The translations under genes were made by a program, and so were the position numbers. Source: Candidatus Bathyarchaeota archaeon (lineage in GTDB: Archaea > Thermoproteota > Bathyarchaeia > Bathyarchaeales > Bathycorpusculaceae). Taken from it: a stretch of DNA of 41,580 nucleotides. Shown here piece after piece: positions 1 to 9,853 of the stretch. The stretch covers positions 1-41,580 of the forward strand of contig CAVZPM010000015.1 in the NCBI GenBank assembly GCA_963777155.1. Reading direction: 5' to 3'. Every line of letters begins with the position of its first letter. Positions within the stretch are counted from its first letter, which is position 1. Below the pieces are notes generated by a model. It worked only from the letters and a program-made list of their open reading frames with translations, searched no databases and was not told the origin of the DNA.

Positions 1-1
1 C

Positions 2-1273
2 ACCAAAAACGACGTTGACGCAGTTCTTAGAAGTGGTGCTTCGGGTGTAGCGATGATTATTCCAACCTCTGATTTGCATATTGAGGTTAAGTTGCGCAAA
101 ACACGCGAACAAATTCTTAAAACAACCCAGGAACTTGTTTGTTACGCTAAAGAGCACGGTTTAGAGGTGGAGCTATTAGCTGAAGATGCTACACGCTCAG
201 ACTTTACCTACCTCAGCAAAGTATTCTTGGCAGCGCAAGATGCCGGTGTTGACAGAGTAACTCCATGCGATACCGTTGGGATTTTGACCCCTGAACGTTC
301 ATCAGAGTTCTTCAAGAACCTCAAAAAAACAATAAAAGTCCCGATAGCCGTACACTGCCACAACGACTTCGGCATGGCAGTTGCAAACACAGTTGCTGCA
401 TTAGGAGCAGGCGCAGAAGAGTGCCACGCAACAATCAACGGCTTGGGTGAACGCGCAGGCAATGCTGCATTGGAAGAAATAGTGATAACACTGCGTTCGC
501 TCTACAAATTGGACCTAAGCATCAAAACCGAGATGCTCTATGGGACATCCCAGCTGGTTTCACGGTTAACAGGTGTTCATGTGCAACCCAACAAAGCAGT
601 CGTGGGCGAAAATGCTTTCACACACGAATCAGGCATCCACACCCAAGGAGTTCTCTCTAACCCATTAACTTACGAGCCGATTGCCCCAGAACTAGTCGGG
701 TGCACACGACGCATTGCAGCAGGCAAACATTCAGGTTCAAACGCCATACGAGCAGACCTCTCCAACATGGGTCTAAAACCCACTGAGACACAATTCAAAG
801 AGATTTTCCAACGCATCAAAGTACTAGGTGACAAAGGCAAAACAGTTATGGACGCCGATGTTTTAGCAATCGCTGAAACCGTTATGGGCTTGGGAGGAGC
901 TAAACCAATCCAGCTTGAAGAAATGACGTTCGTTGGCGGCGACAAGGTTACGGCGACAGCTTCAGTTCGCTTAAGGTTGAACGGCAGAGATGTTTGGGGC
1001 ACAGCAGTCGGAGTTGGACCAGTCGATGCAACCATAAACGCCGTTAAAGACGCAATCAAAGAAACTGAACCCATAACGTTGGAGCAGTACAACGTCAAAG
1101 CAATCACAGGCGGAACAGACGCAATGGTTGAAGTCGTCGTTCACATGCGTAAGGGTAACCGAACCGTCACCGCTCTGGGCGTCCGAGAAGACATAGTTAA
1201 AGCCAGCATAGAAGCAGTACTGAGCGCAATGAATGTCTTAACAACCGACTACAACAACAAAAACCACCAATAA
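2..1273 (+). CDS. leuA: 2-isopropylmalate/citramalate synthase family (LeuA/CimA), 5' end outside the window
   Basis: Frame is open from position 2 (TKNDVDAVLRSGASGVAM...). It carries HCHNDFGMAVAN, NGLGERAGNA, GENAFTHESGIH and GKHSG motifs plus the C-terminal regulatory domain (GVGPVDA, DIVKASIEA). LeuA versus CimA cannot be resolved by eye. Confidence 0.85.
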   Translation, partial: TKNDVDAVLRSGASGVAMIIPTSDLHIEVKLRKTREQILKTTQELVCYAKEHGLEVELLAEDATRSDFTYLSKVFLAAQDAGVDRVTPCDTVGILTPERSSEFFKNLKKTIKVPIAVHCHNDFGMAVANTVAALGAGAEECHATINGLGERAGNAALEEIVITLRSLYKLDLSIKTEMLYGTSQLVSRLTGVHVQPNKAVVGENAFTHESGIHTQGVLSNPLTYEPIAPELVGCTRRIAAGKHSGSNAIRADLSNMGLKPTETQFKEIFQRIKVLGDKGKTVMDADVLAIAETVMGLGGAKPIQLEEMTFVGGDKVTATASVRLRLNGRDVWGTAVGVGPVDATINAVKDAIKETEPITLEQYNVKAITGGTDAMVEVVVHMRKGNRTVTALGVREDIVKASIEAVLSAMNVLTTDYNNKNHQ

Positions 1274-1347
1274 CCCTTATCTTTATATCGACTTGTCCTC
1301 AAGCGGCTAGTCTCTTTTTCAGAAAAATAGAATAAACAGAGATTTGT

Positions 1348-1698
1348 ATGGTTTTAGTCGAAGGCATCAAGATGAAAGGAACGCGTATTCCCAAAAACAA
1401 GCTCATTGCTGCATGGAAGACGCTGTCTCTCAAACCCTTTCCCAAAGTAAAGGCACTAAAACTGAGCGATGATGATTTTAATCGTGCCTTGAAACAACGC
1501 CATTGTATAGAGGATGGTTTCCGAGAAATCGAGGAGTGGGGTAGGCCTCTTTCAACCAAGGGTACTGATGCCTGTGTGTTTAACGGTGAAGAAAATGACA
1601 AAGCCGATTTCATCATTTTAGTTAGAGAAAACCCCTATCATACCCTAGACGAAATCATCATCCACGAGTTATCCCACATTGCCCGAGGCGACCTATAG
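1348..1698 (+). CDS. Hypothetical protein with C-terminal HExxH (zincin-like) motif
   Basis: 116-aa ORF ending EIIIHELSHIARGDL; fills the gap between flanking genes; start could be ATG 1372. Confidence 0.65.
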   Translation: MVLVEGIKMKGTRIPKNKLIAAWKTLSLKPFPKVKALKLSDDDFNRALKQRHCIEDGFREIEEWGRPLSTKGTDACVFNGEENDKADFIILVRENPYHTLDEIIIHELSHIARGDL

Positions 1699-2649
1699 CT
1701 ATATTTTGTTGATAACGGCTTTGGCAAACAATTTTAATCCTTCAAGACTTGGCAAGTCAGCAAAGTACAACATAAAATAAGATACATCTAAATCCATGTA
1801 AACCTGCAAGTGCTCTTGGCATTCCCGTGGTGTTACAGCTAAAGTACTCTTTTTGAATTCTTCTAAGCCTATGTTCGAGGGTTTAAACTTGGCTATTTTT
1901 TGGCTCAACTCATCTGGGTCTTTTGCAACAAGGATTTGCCCGCTTGGCCAACATGACTTCTCTATTTCACCAAAGTCTCTACCAACGCTTTTGCAGTGGT
2001 TCTTTAAAACCCCAAGTTTATGTTTGTATTCGTCAAGTGATGGCAGAAATCCCCAGTCAAACCTGTCCGCGTATTTGGCGGTGACTCTGAGTGCGTGTTT
2101 TTCTCCGCTTCCGCCGACTGTGATGGGTAGATGTGGTGTCTGGATGGGTTTTGGTTCGCAGACCGCATCCTTGAGAGAATAATATTTGCCCTGATAGGTC
2201 GCTTTTTTCTTTGTCCACAGCAGAGTTATTACTTCTAAAGCTTCACCCAACTGCTCTATTCTTACGCTCGGCTTTGGGAAATCGAATCCATAAGAGGTGT
2301 GCTCCTGCTCTTGGATGCCTGCTCCAATGCCCAACTCTAATCTGCCTTTGGAGAGATTGTCGAGTGTGGCGGCGGTTTTTGCTAGCAGAGCAGGATTTCT
2401 GTGTGCGTTGCAGGTGACCATGGTTCCCAGCCTTATCTTGTTGGTTATTTGAGAAAGCGCAGAGAGGGTTGTCCATGGCTCAAGAATCGACCAGTCATTA
2501 TACATTAAATGGTCATCCAGCCAACACGCATCATAGCATAAGCGTTCACTTTCTAAAACGATGTTTTTTAGGGTTTCAAAATATTCAGCTGGACTTTTGG
2601 CTTGGAATGCATAGAAGGGTAAAAAAATCCCGAATTTTAGTTTGCTCAA
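1699..2649 (-). CDS. LLM (luciferase-like) flavin/F420-dependent oxidoreductase
   Basis: WLDDHL, EPWTTLSAL, RLGTMVTCNAHRNPALLAKTAATLDNLSKGRLELGIGAG and PITVGGSGE are LLM-family motifs. Confidence 0.9.
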   Translation of the reverse strand: MSKLKFGIFLPFYAFQAKSPAEYFETLKNIVLESERLCYDACWLDDHLMYNDWSILEPWTTLSALSQITNKIRLGTMVTCNAHRNPALLAKTAATLDNLSKGRLELGIGAGIQEQEHTSYGFDFPKPSVRIEQLGEALEVITLLWTKKKATYQGKYYSLKDAVCEPKPIQTPHLPITVGGSGEKHALRVTAKYADRFDWGFLPSLDEYKHKLGVLKNHCKSVGRDFGEIEKSCWPSGQILVAKDPDELSQKIAKFKPSNIGLEEFKKSTLAVTPRECQEHLQVYMDLDVSYFMLYFADLPSLEGLKLFAKAVINKI

Positions 2650-2705
2650 GTCATCACTTCCAGCTATTAGTTTTACTGGTATGTCCAGTTATCAGTTTGG
2701 TGGTA

Positions 2706-4139
2706 TTAGGTTTTAGGGTTTTCCTGTTCTTTGCGTACCTCTTTTCCCCTAAAATACGACAAAACAGCTGCGATGACAAGGATTCCTATTGAAGCATAGA
2801 ATGCATTGTGTATGCCTCCGAGGAATGAGGTGCTTACTCCTCCTGAAAGGCTGGAAGTTCCTATGAAGACTTCAAATGCCACCTGACGTGGAACAGAGGC
2901 CGCTGCAACCGAGATGGCTAAGACGTAGCTTCCCACTAACCCAATGTTCTGGACTGTTCGGAGTAATCCTGAAATACTGCCGTAAGAGCCTGCTCGTGCG
3001 TGTGCCATTACGGCACTGTTGTTTGATGGGAAGAACATGGAGGTTCCTAAGCCGGAAACGGCTGAGGCTAAAAGCACAATGTAAAGTGGCGAGGTGGTGC
3101 TCATAGTCAAGTAGACTAAAATAGCTAAAACTAAGAAGAACACTCCGATTGTAGCTATTTCTCTTGAGCCGTACTTGTCGCTGAGTCTGCCCATTATTGG
3201 GCCAAGAAAACTACCCGCTACATACCCAGGAACCAGCAACAGCGAAGCATCCAACGGCGATAGCCCTCTTATACCCTGCAAATACATGATAACTAGGAAT
3301 ACAATAGCAAAGTAGCCAATGCTCAAAAAGAATGCTGAGAGAATCGCGTTTCGAAGAATCCTGTTTTTTAGGGCTGCGTAATCTATCAGGGAATTTTTGA
3401 GCCTGTGGTCATACCAGAAAAACACTGGAATCAGTACTGCTCCTATCACCGCTAAAGTGATGCTGGATGTGCTGATTCCTTCTGCGGCAAAATTCACCAA
3501 TCCCAAAGATAGCAATACTAACGCAGTGGCAAGTAATCCCATGCCGGGCAGGTTAAGCTTCGATGCGTTTTTCTGGGTGTCTTTTATGTATTTCAAGCCG
3601 ACTGCAGTTGCGATTATGCCAATTGGTATGTTTATGAAGAAGATGTACTGCCAACTTACGAAAGTGGTGATTATTCCGCCCAAGACGATGCCAAGCATGG
3701 CTCCACTGGTGAAGCCCAGGGCGTTGTAGCCATATGCTTTGCCGCGGACTTGTGGCGGAAACACGTCCGCTATTATGGCTCCGCTGGTTGCCTGCATTAT
3801 GGCTCCCCCGACAGCCTGAACTACTCTAAAGGCGATTAGCAGGTAAATGTGTGTGGCGAATCCACACAATGCTGAACCGACGGTAAAGATTATGAAACCT
3901 ACGTTGAATATTCTGCTTCGACCGTATATGTCGCCGATTCTACCCATCTGCGTAGTTGCAACAGCAATCACCAATAGGTAAGCCAAAATAATCCATATTG
4001 AAGTTGCGAGATCAGAGTGAAGGTTATCGTTTATGGTTGGAAACGCCAGCAAAACGATTGTGCTATCAAGCGACCCCATTAAAGTTCCAAGTACTATGAT
4101 GGCTAGCACTATGCGGCTATCGGGAACTTCCAGAAGCAA
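2706..4139 (-). CDS. MFS transporter, DHA2 (EmrB/QacA) family, about 14 TM helices
   Basis: LDSTIVLLAFPTI, GRIGDIYGRSR (motif A), WQYIFFINIPIG, GRLSDKYG. The true start may be TTG at 4170 if there is one extra base near 4122. Confidence 0.92.
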   Translation of the reverse strand: MLLEVPDSRIVLAIIVLGTLMGSLDSTIVLLAFPTINDNLHSDLATSIWIILAYLLVIAVATTQMGRIGDIYGRSRIFNVGFIIFTVGSALCGFATHIYLLIAFRVVQAVGGAIMQATSGAIIADVFPPQVRGKAYGYNALGFTSGAMLGIVLGGIITTFVSWQYIFFINIPIGIIATAVGLKYIKDTQKNASKLNLPGMGLLATALVLLSLGLVNFAAEGISTSSITLAVIGAVLIPVFFWYDHRLKNSLIDYAALKNRILRNAILSAFFLSIGYFAIVFLVIMYLQGIRGLSPLDASLLLVPGYVAGSFLGPIMGRLSDKYGSREIATIGVFFLVLAILVYLTMSTTSPLYIVLLASAVSGLGTSMFFPSNNSAVMAHARAGSYGSISGLLRTVQNIGLVGSYVLAISVAAASVPRQVAFEVFIGTSSLSGGVSTSFLGGIHNAFYASIGILVIAAVLSYFRGKEVRKEQENPKT

Positions 4140-4347
4140 CTGGTTTGCTGGAGGTTTGGGTGTGGAACAATTTGTCGCCTTCTTTCCGAACAGTAAACTT
4201 TTCCAATATTATAAACCTGCATGGAAACAGAAAACCCTTTAAAAAAGTAAAATTTTCCGTATCAATTCAAACGAACCGTAAGATAAGTAATTATAATTCA
4301 TAAAACCTATTTTTAGCTAACCCCACTCTTAATCGTGATTCCTAAAT

Positions 4348-4827
4348 ATGTCGTCGAAACCGCCTTCTACCTTCGACCTGATGGATGAAGAAAGCGAAAG
4401 CCAGGTTGATGAGGAAGCCGAAAAACGGCAGCGCCGTAAAGAACTTCTTGAACCCACAGGCGTCAAAGAGTTATTTAAGGAAGGCAAAATCGACATAAAC
4501 AAATTCACCTGTGTAGGCGGACAATGCAGGTTATGCATCAAGGCTTGTCCAACCAACGCGCTATATTGGGGAACAGGACACGTCGGCGTAATAGACGACT
4601 TATGTGTTTACTGCGGAGCCTGCGTGCTAAACTGCATGGTGGATAACTGCATAAAGGTCGAGCGTAAACGCGACGACGGCACAACCGAACGATTCAGCAA
4701 ACCAAGCGATGTCTTAAAAATTGCTGAACGACGAAACTCCCAGAAGCGTTTTGAAAGAGTCAAGACAAATGCGGCAACTTTGCGGCGTAGCCAAAAAGAG
4801 AAAGATGAAAAACTAACCTGGTGCTAA
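4348..4827 (+). CDS. 4Fe-4S dicluster (ferredoxin-like) protein
   Basis: Two Cys clusters, CVGGQCRLCIKACP and CVYCGACVLNC, with charged N- and C-terminal extensions. Confidence 0.85.
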   Translation: MSSKPPSTFDLMDEESESQVDEEAEKRQRRKELLEPTGVKELFKEGKIDINKFTCVGGQCRLCIKACPTNALYWGTGHVGVIDDLCVYCGACVLNCMVDNCIKVERKRDDGTTERFSKPSDVLKIAERRNSQKRFERVKTNAATLRRSQKEKDEKLTWC

Positions 4828-4985
4828 CCAAGTTTGGCGAAACATATTCTCACCAGTGACGTCAAATTGGTGGAGGCTCGTGATCGTTTTTTGAAAACCA
4901 AACTGAGCTGCCATATTGCGTTTTACGATATACTAACAAAATCGAAAGCATGCTTATTATAAATCAATACTTCAGATACTTGGGG

Positions 4986-5087
4986 ATGAAGCGTTTGAGC
5001 AAGCAAGAGTTCACCCAGATGCTAATTGAAGCCGGTTACTCAGAGCGAGTTGCACGGAAAATCGAGCAATGGTATAATTCGCACTAA
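4986..5087 (+). CDS. Putative 33-aa small protein (not in ORF track)
   Basis: MKRLSKQEFTQMLIEAGYSERVARKIEQWYNSH*; TATA-like TTATAAAT about 25 nt upstream and GGGG directly before the ATG. Confidence 0.45.
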   Translation: MKRLSKQEFTQMLIEAGYSERVARKIEQWYNSH

Positions 5088-5182
5088 GGGTTTCCATAAA
5101 CTGGGGTATGTCGGAAAGAAGGTCATGAGTTTTGGCTAATCATCAGAACACATAAGAAACATAAAATAAATTATGGGTTGTC

Positions 5183-6955
5183 TTATTCTACGGTGCCCAA
5201 TCCGTGGAAGACCTTATTGGTAACTTTCCCTGTTTTTTGGGGCAAACTTACAGTGAAAGTCGTTCCTTTGCCTTCTTGACTCTCAAAAGATACGTCGCCA
5301 CCCAATGCTTCAGTCATTCGTTTAATCACTGCCAAGCCAAAGCCTTGACCTTTCGCTTTAGTTGTGAACATTGGCGAAAACAATTTGCTTTTCACTTTTT
5401 CAGGTATGCCAACACCTGAGTCTTTAACTGTCAACATGAAATCGTTTGCTTCTTTGAAGGCATGAATAGTTAGGTCGCCACCATTAGGCATCGCCTGAAC
5501 GGCATTAGTAACCAAATTATACATAATTCGATTTATGAACGAAGAATCAGCAAAAACTCTGCTTGCATCACTTTCTACTTTGACGCTAACTTTGACGTTC
5601 TCAGGCAATCCGTTTTTTGACAGTAAATCATCAATTATGAGTTTTATGTCCGCTTCCTCTTCCTGAGGGTTAAGGGGTCTTGCAAAGTCTTGCAGATCTG
5701 CTACAATTTTGTTGATGTAATCAGTGTTCTTTTCAATTTCTTTCAGACTTTCTAACGCATTTATTTTCTCTTCACTCTCTGGAATCGAAGCTAATTCTGT
5801 CTTAGCTAAATAAACATCACTAATAATAGCTTGCAAAGGATTGCGAATATCATGCCCAACCATGCCTGCCGTAGCACCGATGGCAGCTAACCGCTCAGAA
5901 TCTTTTAGTCTCTTCGCTGCTTCCTGGGACCGTTCTTCAGCCTTCTTTTGTTCAGTGATATCTCTAGCGGCTGCAAAAACACCCTGTATTTCGCCAGAAA
6001 CATTTCTGTAAACTGTAGCATTGTATAAGACATCAATAATTCGTCCATTCTTGTGCCTGATTGCAAGCGGGTAATCTCTCACGACTCCCTCGGTGAAAAC
6101 TCGTTTATAACCAAGTTCAGCCTTTTCAGGTTCTATAAAGTAGTTTGAGAAGTCACTGCCAATCAACTCCTTTCTTGAGCACCCAGTTGCGAGTTCTGTA
6201 GCTTTGTTGACGTCAGTAATTTTGCCCTTAGCGCTGATTGTTACCAGAGGATCAAGACTTGCCTCAATAAGATTTCGAGCATATAAAGAGCTAAGTTTAA
6301 GTTTTTTAGTTCGTTCTTCAACAAGCCGCTCCAAATTTTCAGAGTGCATCTTCAACTCTTTTTCATTTTCTTCCAGCATCTCAAACATTTGGCTGTTTGC
6401 TAAGGCAACCGAAGCAAGTTCTCCAAACGCCATCGCCATTTCAGCATCCCGTTTGGTGAATCCGCCTTCTTTATTTGCTAGCCCAATCACTCCGACTGTT
6501 CTCTGTTCAATCTTCAACGGCGCAAACATTACGTTATTGAGTTGCACATGACCTTTAGGTGAGAATTTTTGCCATTCACTTTTCGGGAAATCATTTTCAA
6601 TCGCCACTTCCCCAGAGTTGTAGGCTTCAGCGCGAAGTCCGCGGATAGGCATAGGAAGCGAAGGATCAACTGTACAAGGAAGTCCGCCAGAATCTAAAAA
6701 TAAAACTATATTTTCTTTTCCGTTGTCGCTTAAGAGAGCTACATAGCCTGCAATTGCTCCTGTTAGTTCTTTGCAAGCGTCAAATATTGCTCGAGCGGAT
6801 TCTGGGAATTCTCTATTTTGCAAAACTGCTCTTGATGCTTTCAATAGAGCTGAAATCTCAGCCTCACGTCTTTGCGATTCATTGAGAGCCAAAGCTAATT
6901 CCCGCTCCATTTTCTTGGGCTTATTAATTTTAGCTCGCACTCGATGTTGAGGCAT
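5183..6955 (-). CDS. Sensor histidine kinase (GAF-PAS-HisKA-HATPase)
   Basis: GAF (VMFAPLKIEQRTVGVIGLANK), PAS (ASLDPLVTISAKGKITDVN...ARDITEQK), H-box GHDIRNPLQ, N-box NLVTNAVQAM, G1 DSGVGI, F FTTK, G2 GQGFGL. Confidence 0.93.
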   Translation of the reverse strand: MPQHRVRAKINKPKKMERELALALNESQRREAEISALLKASRAVLQNREFPESARAIFDACKELTGAIAGYVALLSDNGKENIVLFLDSGGLPCTVDPSLPMPIRGLRAEAYNSGEVAIENDFPKSEWQKFSPKGHVQLNNVMFAPLKIEQRTVGVIGLANKEGGFTKRDAEMAMAFGELASVALANSQMFEMLEENEKELKMHSENLERLVEERTKKLKLSSLYARNLIEASLDPLVTISAKGKITDVNKATELATGCSRKELIGSDFSNYFIEPEKAELGYKRVFTEGVVRDYPLAIRHKNGRIIDVLYNATVYRNVSGEIQGVFAAARDITEQKKAEERSQEAAKRLKDSERLAAIGATAGMVGHDIRNPLQAIISDVYLAKTELASIPESEEKINALESLKEIEKNTDYINKIVADLQDFARPLNPQEEEADIKLIIDDLLSKNGLPENVKVSVKVESDASRVFADSSFINRIMYNLVTNAVQAMPNGGDLTIHAFKEANDFMLTVKDSGVGIPEKVKSKLFSPMFTTKAKGQGFGLAVIKRMTEALGGDVSFESQEGKGTTFTVSLPQKTGKVTNKVFHGLGTVE

Positions 6956-7266
6956 AGGTTCGATCCCTTCTGCTGCGGTTATTCTTTAGTGTCCGAAACA
7001 ATAAAAACTTAGGGTAAACAACACCCTTGATTGATCCGCGTTTCATGTCGCCAATTGCTTTAAAACATCTTAAGGGGCATTACATAAATAAGGTCTTCCA
7101 AAAATTTGACCCCATAGAGAAAGGTCTTTTACGTTTTGACTTATCATTAGAACATATAAATACAATAAATAATTTAGACGTTGTTTCTATAATTATGATG
7201 TTGCACGAGTATTCAACGAAAAATCCTTAAGACTAAAAACTCAATATCTAGATGAGGCTTTTGAAA

Positions 7267-8016
7267 ATGAAGTTATCTGGAAAGGTTGCATTAGTAACTG
7301 GTGCAAGTTCTGGCATTGGAAAAGCCATTGCACTTTACTTGGCTGAGGAAGGAGCTGACGTTGCAATAAATTATCACTCAAACCTTGAGGAAGCAGAAGA
7401 AGTTGTAAGACAGGTAAAATCGATGGGTAGACGGGCGATAGCCGTAAGAGCAGATGTCTCAAGCAGTACGGACGTTAAAGAGATGTTTTCTACGGTAATC
7501 AGCGAATTCTCTACTTTAGATATACTGATTAACAATGCAGGTATTGGCAATCTTATGCCAGCAGTTAGCATGACAGATGATGCGTGGAATATAATGCTGG
7601 GAACACATTTGTATGGTACTATGAATTGCACGCGAGAAGCTCTAAAAATCATGTTAAACAAAAAAGCGGGCAAAATCATAAACATAGCATCAATATGTGG
7701 TATGACAGGCTGTTTGGGAGCTGCACATTACTCTGCTGCAAAAGGCGGAATAATCGGCTACACACATGCTGTATCTAGGGAAGTTATTTCTCAAGGTATA
7801 AACGTTAACGCTATAGCTCCAGGATACATCGACACACCCCTGTTAGTCAAGGGAGGTTTAACTGACGAAATGCTAAAACTGTTGTTGGCAGAAATTCCTA
7901 TCGGCAGATTAGGTAAACCGCGCGAGATCGCCTCTCTTGCAGCTTATTTGGCTTCAGACGACGCTAACTTCATAGTGGGACAAGTTATAAGTCCTAATGG
8001 CGGCCAAGTAATATAG
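7267..8016 (+). CDS. fabG: SDR oxidoreductase, FabG-like 3-oxoacyl reductase family
   Basis: TGASSGIG, NNAG, YSAAK catalytic motif, NAIAPGYIDT. Substrate is not determinable; the symbol is family-level only. Confidence 0.85.
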   Translation: MKLSGKVALVTGASSGIGKAIALYLAEEGADVAINYHSNLEEAEEVVRQVKSMGRRAIAVRADVSSSTDVKEMFSTVISEFSTLDILINNAGIGNLMPAVSMTDDAWNIMLGTHLYGTMNCTREALKIMLNKKAGKIINIASICGMTGCLGAAHYSAAKGGIIGYTHAVSREVISQGINVNAIAPGYIDTPLLVKGGLTDEMLKLLLAEIPIGRLGKPREIASLAAYLASDDANFIVGQVISPNGGQVI

Positions 8017-8170
8017 TTAGAAATGAAGTTCTGAATGGCCGCTTAGTGAAGGCTGTTTTTTGGTCTGCATTACGTGAAGACTTAAAATTCACAGTAAAGG
8101 GGTATAAGATTCGGAGAGAAAATTGACACCAAGCGAGGGTTAATTGATTAATAGTTTGATGAATTAATGC

Positions 8171-9032
8171 TCAATTTCCCCTTCCACTGGACGCTTGATT
8201 ACCAACGAAGGTATTGGCGTCAACGTGTACTTCTAAACCGCCGCCCTGAGTTTCCTTCACTCTGGCGTTAACTAAGAGCAAATTCGTGTTCTCTCTGAGC
8301 AGCACTTCCAGTTTCCGCAACCTTCTCATTCCAAATAACCACCGTTGCCTCACCCGATTCATCCCTTAAAGCCAAACGCATAACTATGCCGTCACTGTCA
8401 TCGTTTCGAGAAAAAGCTTTCTTGCCTAAAATCGCCTTTACCGTTCCAGCAAGATGCACGTTGCCAGAGTTGCAATTTAGCGTTTGGATCTTTGTAGTGA
8501 ACTTTTCGATTGATTGGTATTGGTCAGCTTTAGTTTCGGAATCTATTAGGATCTGGCTTTTATTGCCAAGATGTAGCTCTGTTTTGCCATACTTATCCCC
8601 TTTCGTGTACCCGTGTATGAGACGAACCACCTGCCCAGCCTTAAGTTCACCGCGCTCAACCATCTCAGCTTTCGCATCCCACAAAACTACCCGCAAAACC
8701 CCCTCGGCGTCTGTCAACATTACGGTCGCAAATTTGCCTGATTTTTCGGCTCCTTGAAACGTTTTGGCGGGAAAAACCGCGATTAATCTGCCTGCCACCG
8801 TAACATCATATAAACCCGCAAACAAACGGCTGGTAGAGAGGACTCCACTGTTTTGAATCGTGTTCTGCTGGACTTGCAAGCCGAATTTAGCAGCAATCAA
8901 CCGTAGCAGTGTTTCGTCGCCAAGAAGTCCGCCTGTTTTAGCTCTCTCAGCTGCCAACCTTTCTAAGATTTGCTCTTGGCTGATTAGTGGATTTTGTCTT
9001 TGGATTTCTTTGATTAGCTCTTGGGTAGTCAT
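8171..9032 (-). CDS. rpa: Replication protein A / OB-fold ssDNA-binding protein (one apparent frameshift near 8313)
   Basis: N-terminal helical domain (LLGDETLLRLIAAKFG) and two OB folds (LTDAEGVLRVVLWD; LRDESGEATVVIWNEK). Removing one A from GCGGAAACTG (minus strand) joins ...WNEKVAE to LEVLLRENTNLLLVNARVKE...LEVHVD. Confidence 0.8.
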
Positions 9033-9148
9033 CTTGCGCCGACACGATAAAGAAGTGCTGGCTTTTAATTTTTTGTGTTCCAATTAGTTGCTGGCTATGT
9101 TTATTAAAAACGCTGGTTCATTTTTCTCTTGGACACCGGTGAGCATAA

Positions 9149-9409
9149 GTGGATTCAGCCGTTCTTTACAGTCTTGGCTTTCTCCTTATAGTGGCTGGAA
9201 TCATAGTTATCTTTGCAGCAATCATTCTTGCCTCCAAGGGTAACACAAAGAAAGGTAGGGTTCGTGGCGCGGGTATAATTATGATTGGTCCGATTCCGAT
9301 AATTTTTGGAACAGACAAAAAATCAGTCAAGACAGTTTTGACGATGGCGTTAGCTCTCACCATCATTGCGTTAATAATTATTACATTAAATTATTGGTTG
9401 TTGAGGTGA
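9149..9409 (+). CDS. DUF131 (TIGR00304-type) small membrane protein
   Basis: Two TM helices around the GAGIIMIGPIPIIFGTDK signature. Confidence 0.82.
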   Translation: MDSAVLYSLGFLLIVAGIIVIFAAIILASKGNTKKGRVRGAGIIMIGPIPIIFGTDKKSVKTVLTMALALTIIALIIITLNYWLLR

Positions 9410-9419
9410 AATTGAACTG

Positions 9420-9713
9420 TTGAGCGATGAGGAAGCTGAAGAGGAAGGCATCGGTGTATCCAGCAGACTTTTGGGTTTTCTTCTCTTAGGAATAACGCTG
9501 GTTTTTGTGGGTGTAGCCGTTTTGGTGTTTGCTTCTTTGGTTTTGGGCGGGCAGGGAAGCGTTGGAGGTGTTATATTAATTGGTCCAATTCCAATTGTTT
9601 TTGGTGCTGGACCTGATGCTGGCTGGCTCATTGCAATCAGCGTAATTCTTACGGCTATAAGCGTGATCTTATTCTTAGTATTGAATAGGCGGAATAGAAA
9701 GTTTAGAGAGTAA
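9420..9713 (+). CDS. DUF131 small membrane protein (tandem paralog)
   Basis: GGVILIGPIPIVFGAG signature with flanking TM helices; GAGGTG SD upstream. Confidence 0.82.
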   Translation: MSDEEAEEEGIGVSSRLLGFLLLGITLVFVGVAVLVFASLVLGGQGSVGGVILIGPIPIVFGAGPDAGWLIAISVILTAISVILFLVLNRRNRKFRE

Positions 9714-9730
9714 AAATAGTAGGGGCGAGT

Positions 9731-9853
9731 TTACTCGTTTGTTTGCTCTTCTTCTTTACCGTAATAAGCGTACAGGAAGATGAGTAGTAGAGCCATGAAC
9801 ACTGAGCCCATGAGGAGATATTGTAGGGTTAGGAAGTATGCACCAAGATCCAT
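9731..9853 (-). CDS. Putative 40-aa single-pass membrane protein (not in ORF track)
   Basis: MDLGAYFLTLQYLLMGSVFMALLLIFLYAYYGKEEEQTNE*; AAGGAG SD 8 nt upstream; TTTAAATA TATA-like near 9897-9904 on the minus strand. Confidence 0.65.
   Translation of the reverse strand: MDLGAYFLTLQYLLMGSVFMALLLIFLYAYYGKEEEQTNE

Noticed and set aside
7027-7230. 67-aa ORF between the kinase and the SDR
   Set aside because: AT-rich divergent promoter region, TTG start and no motif.
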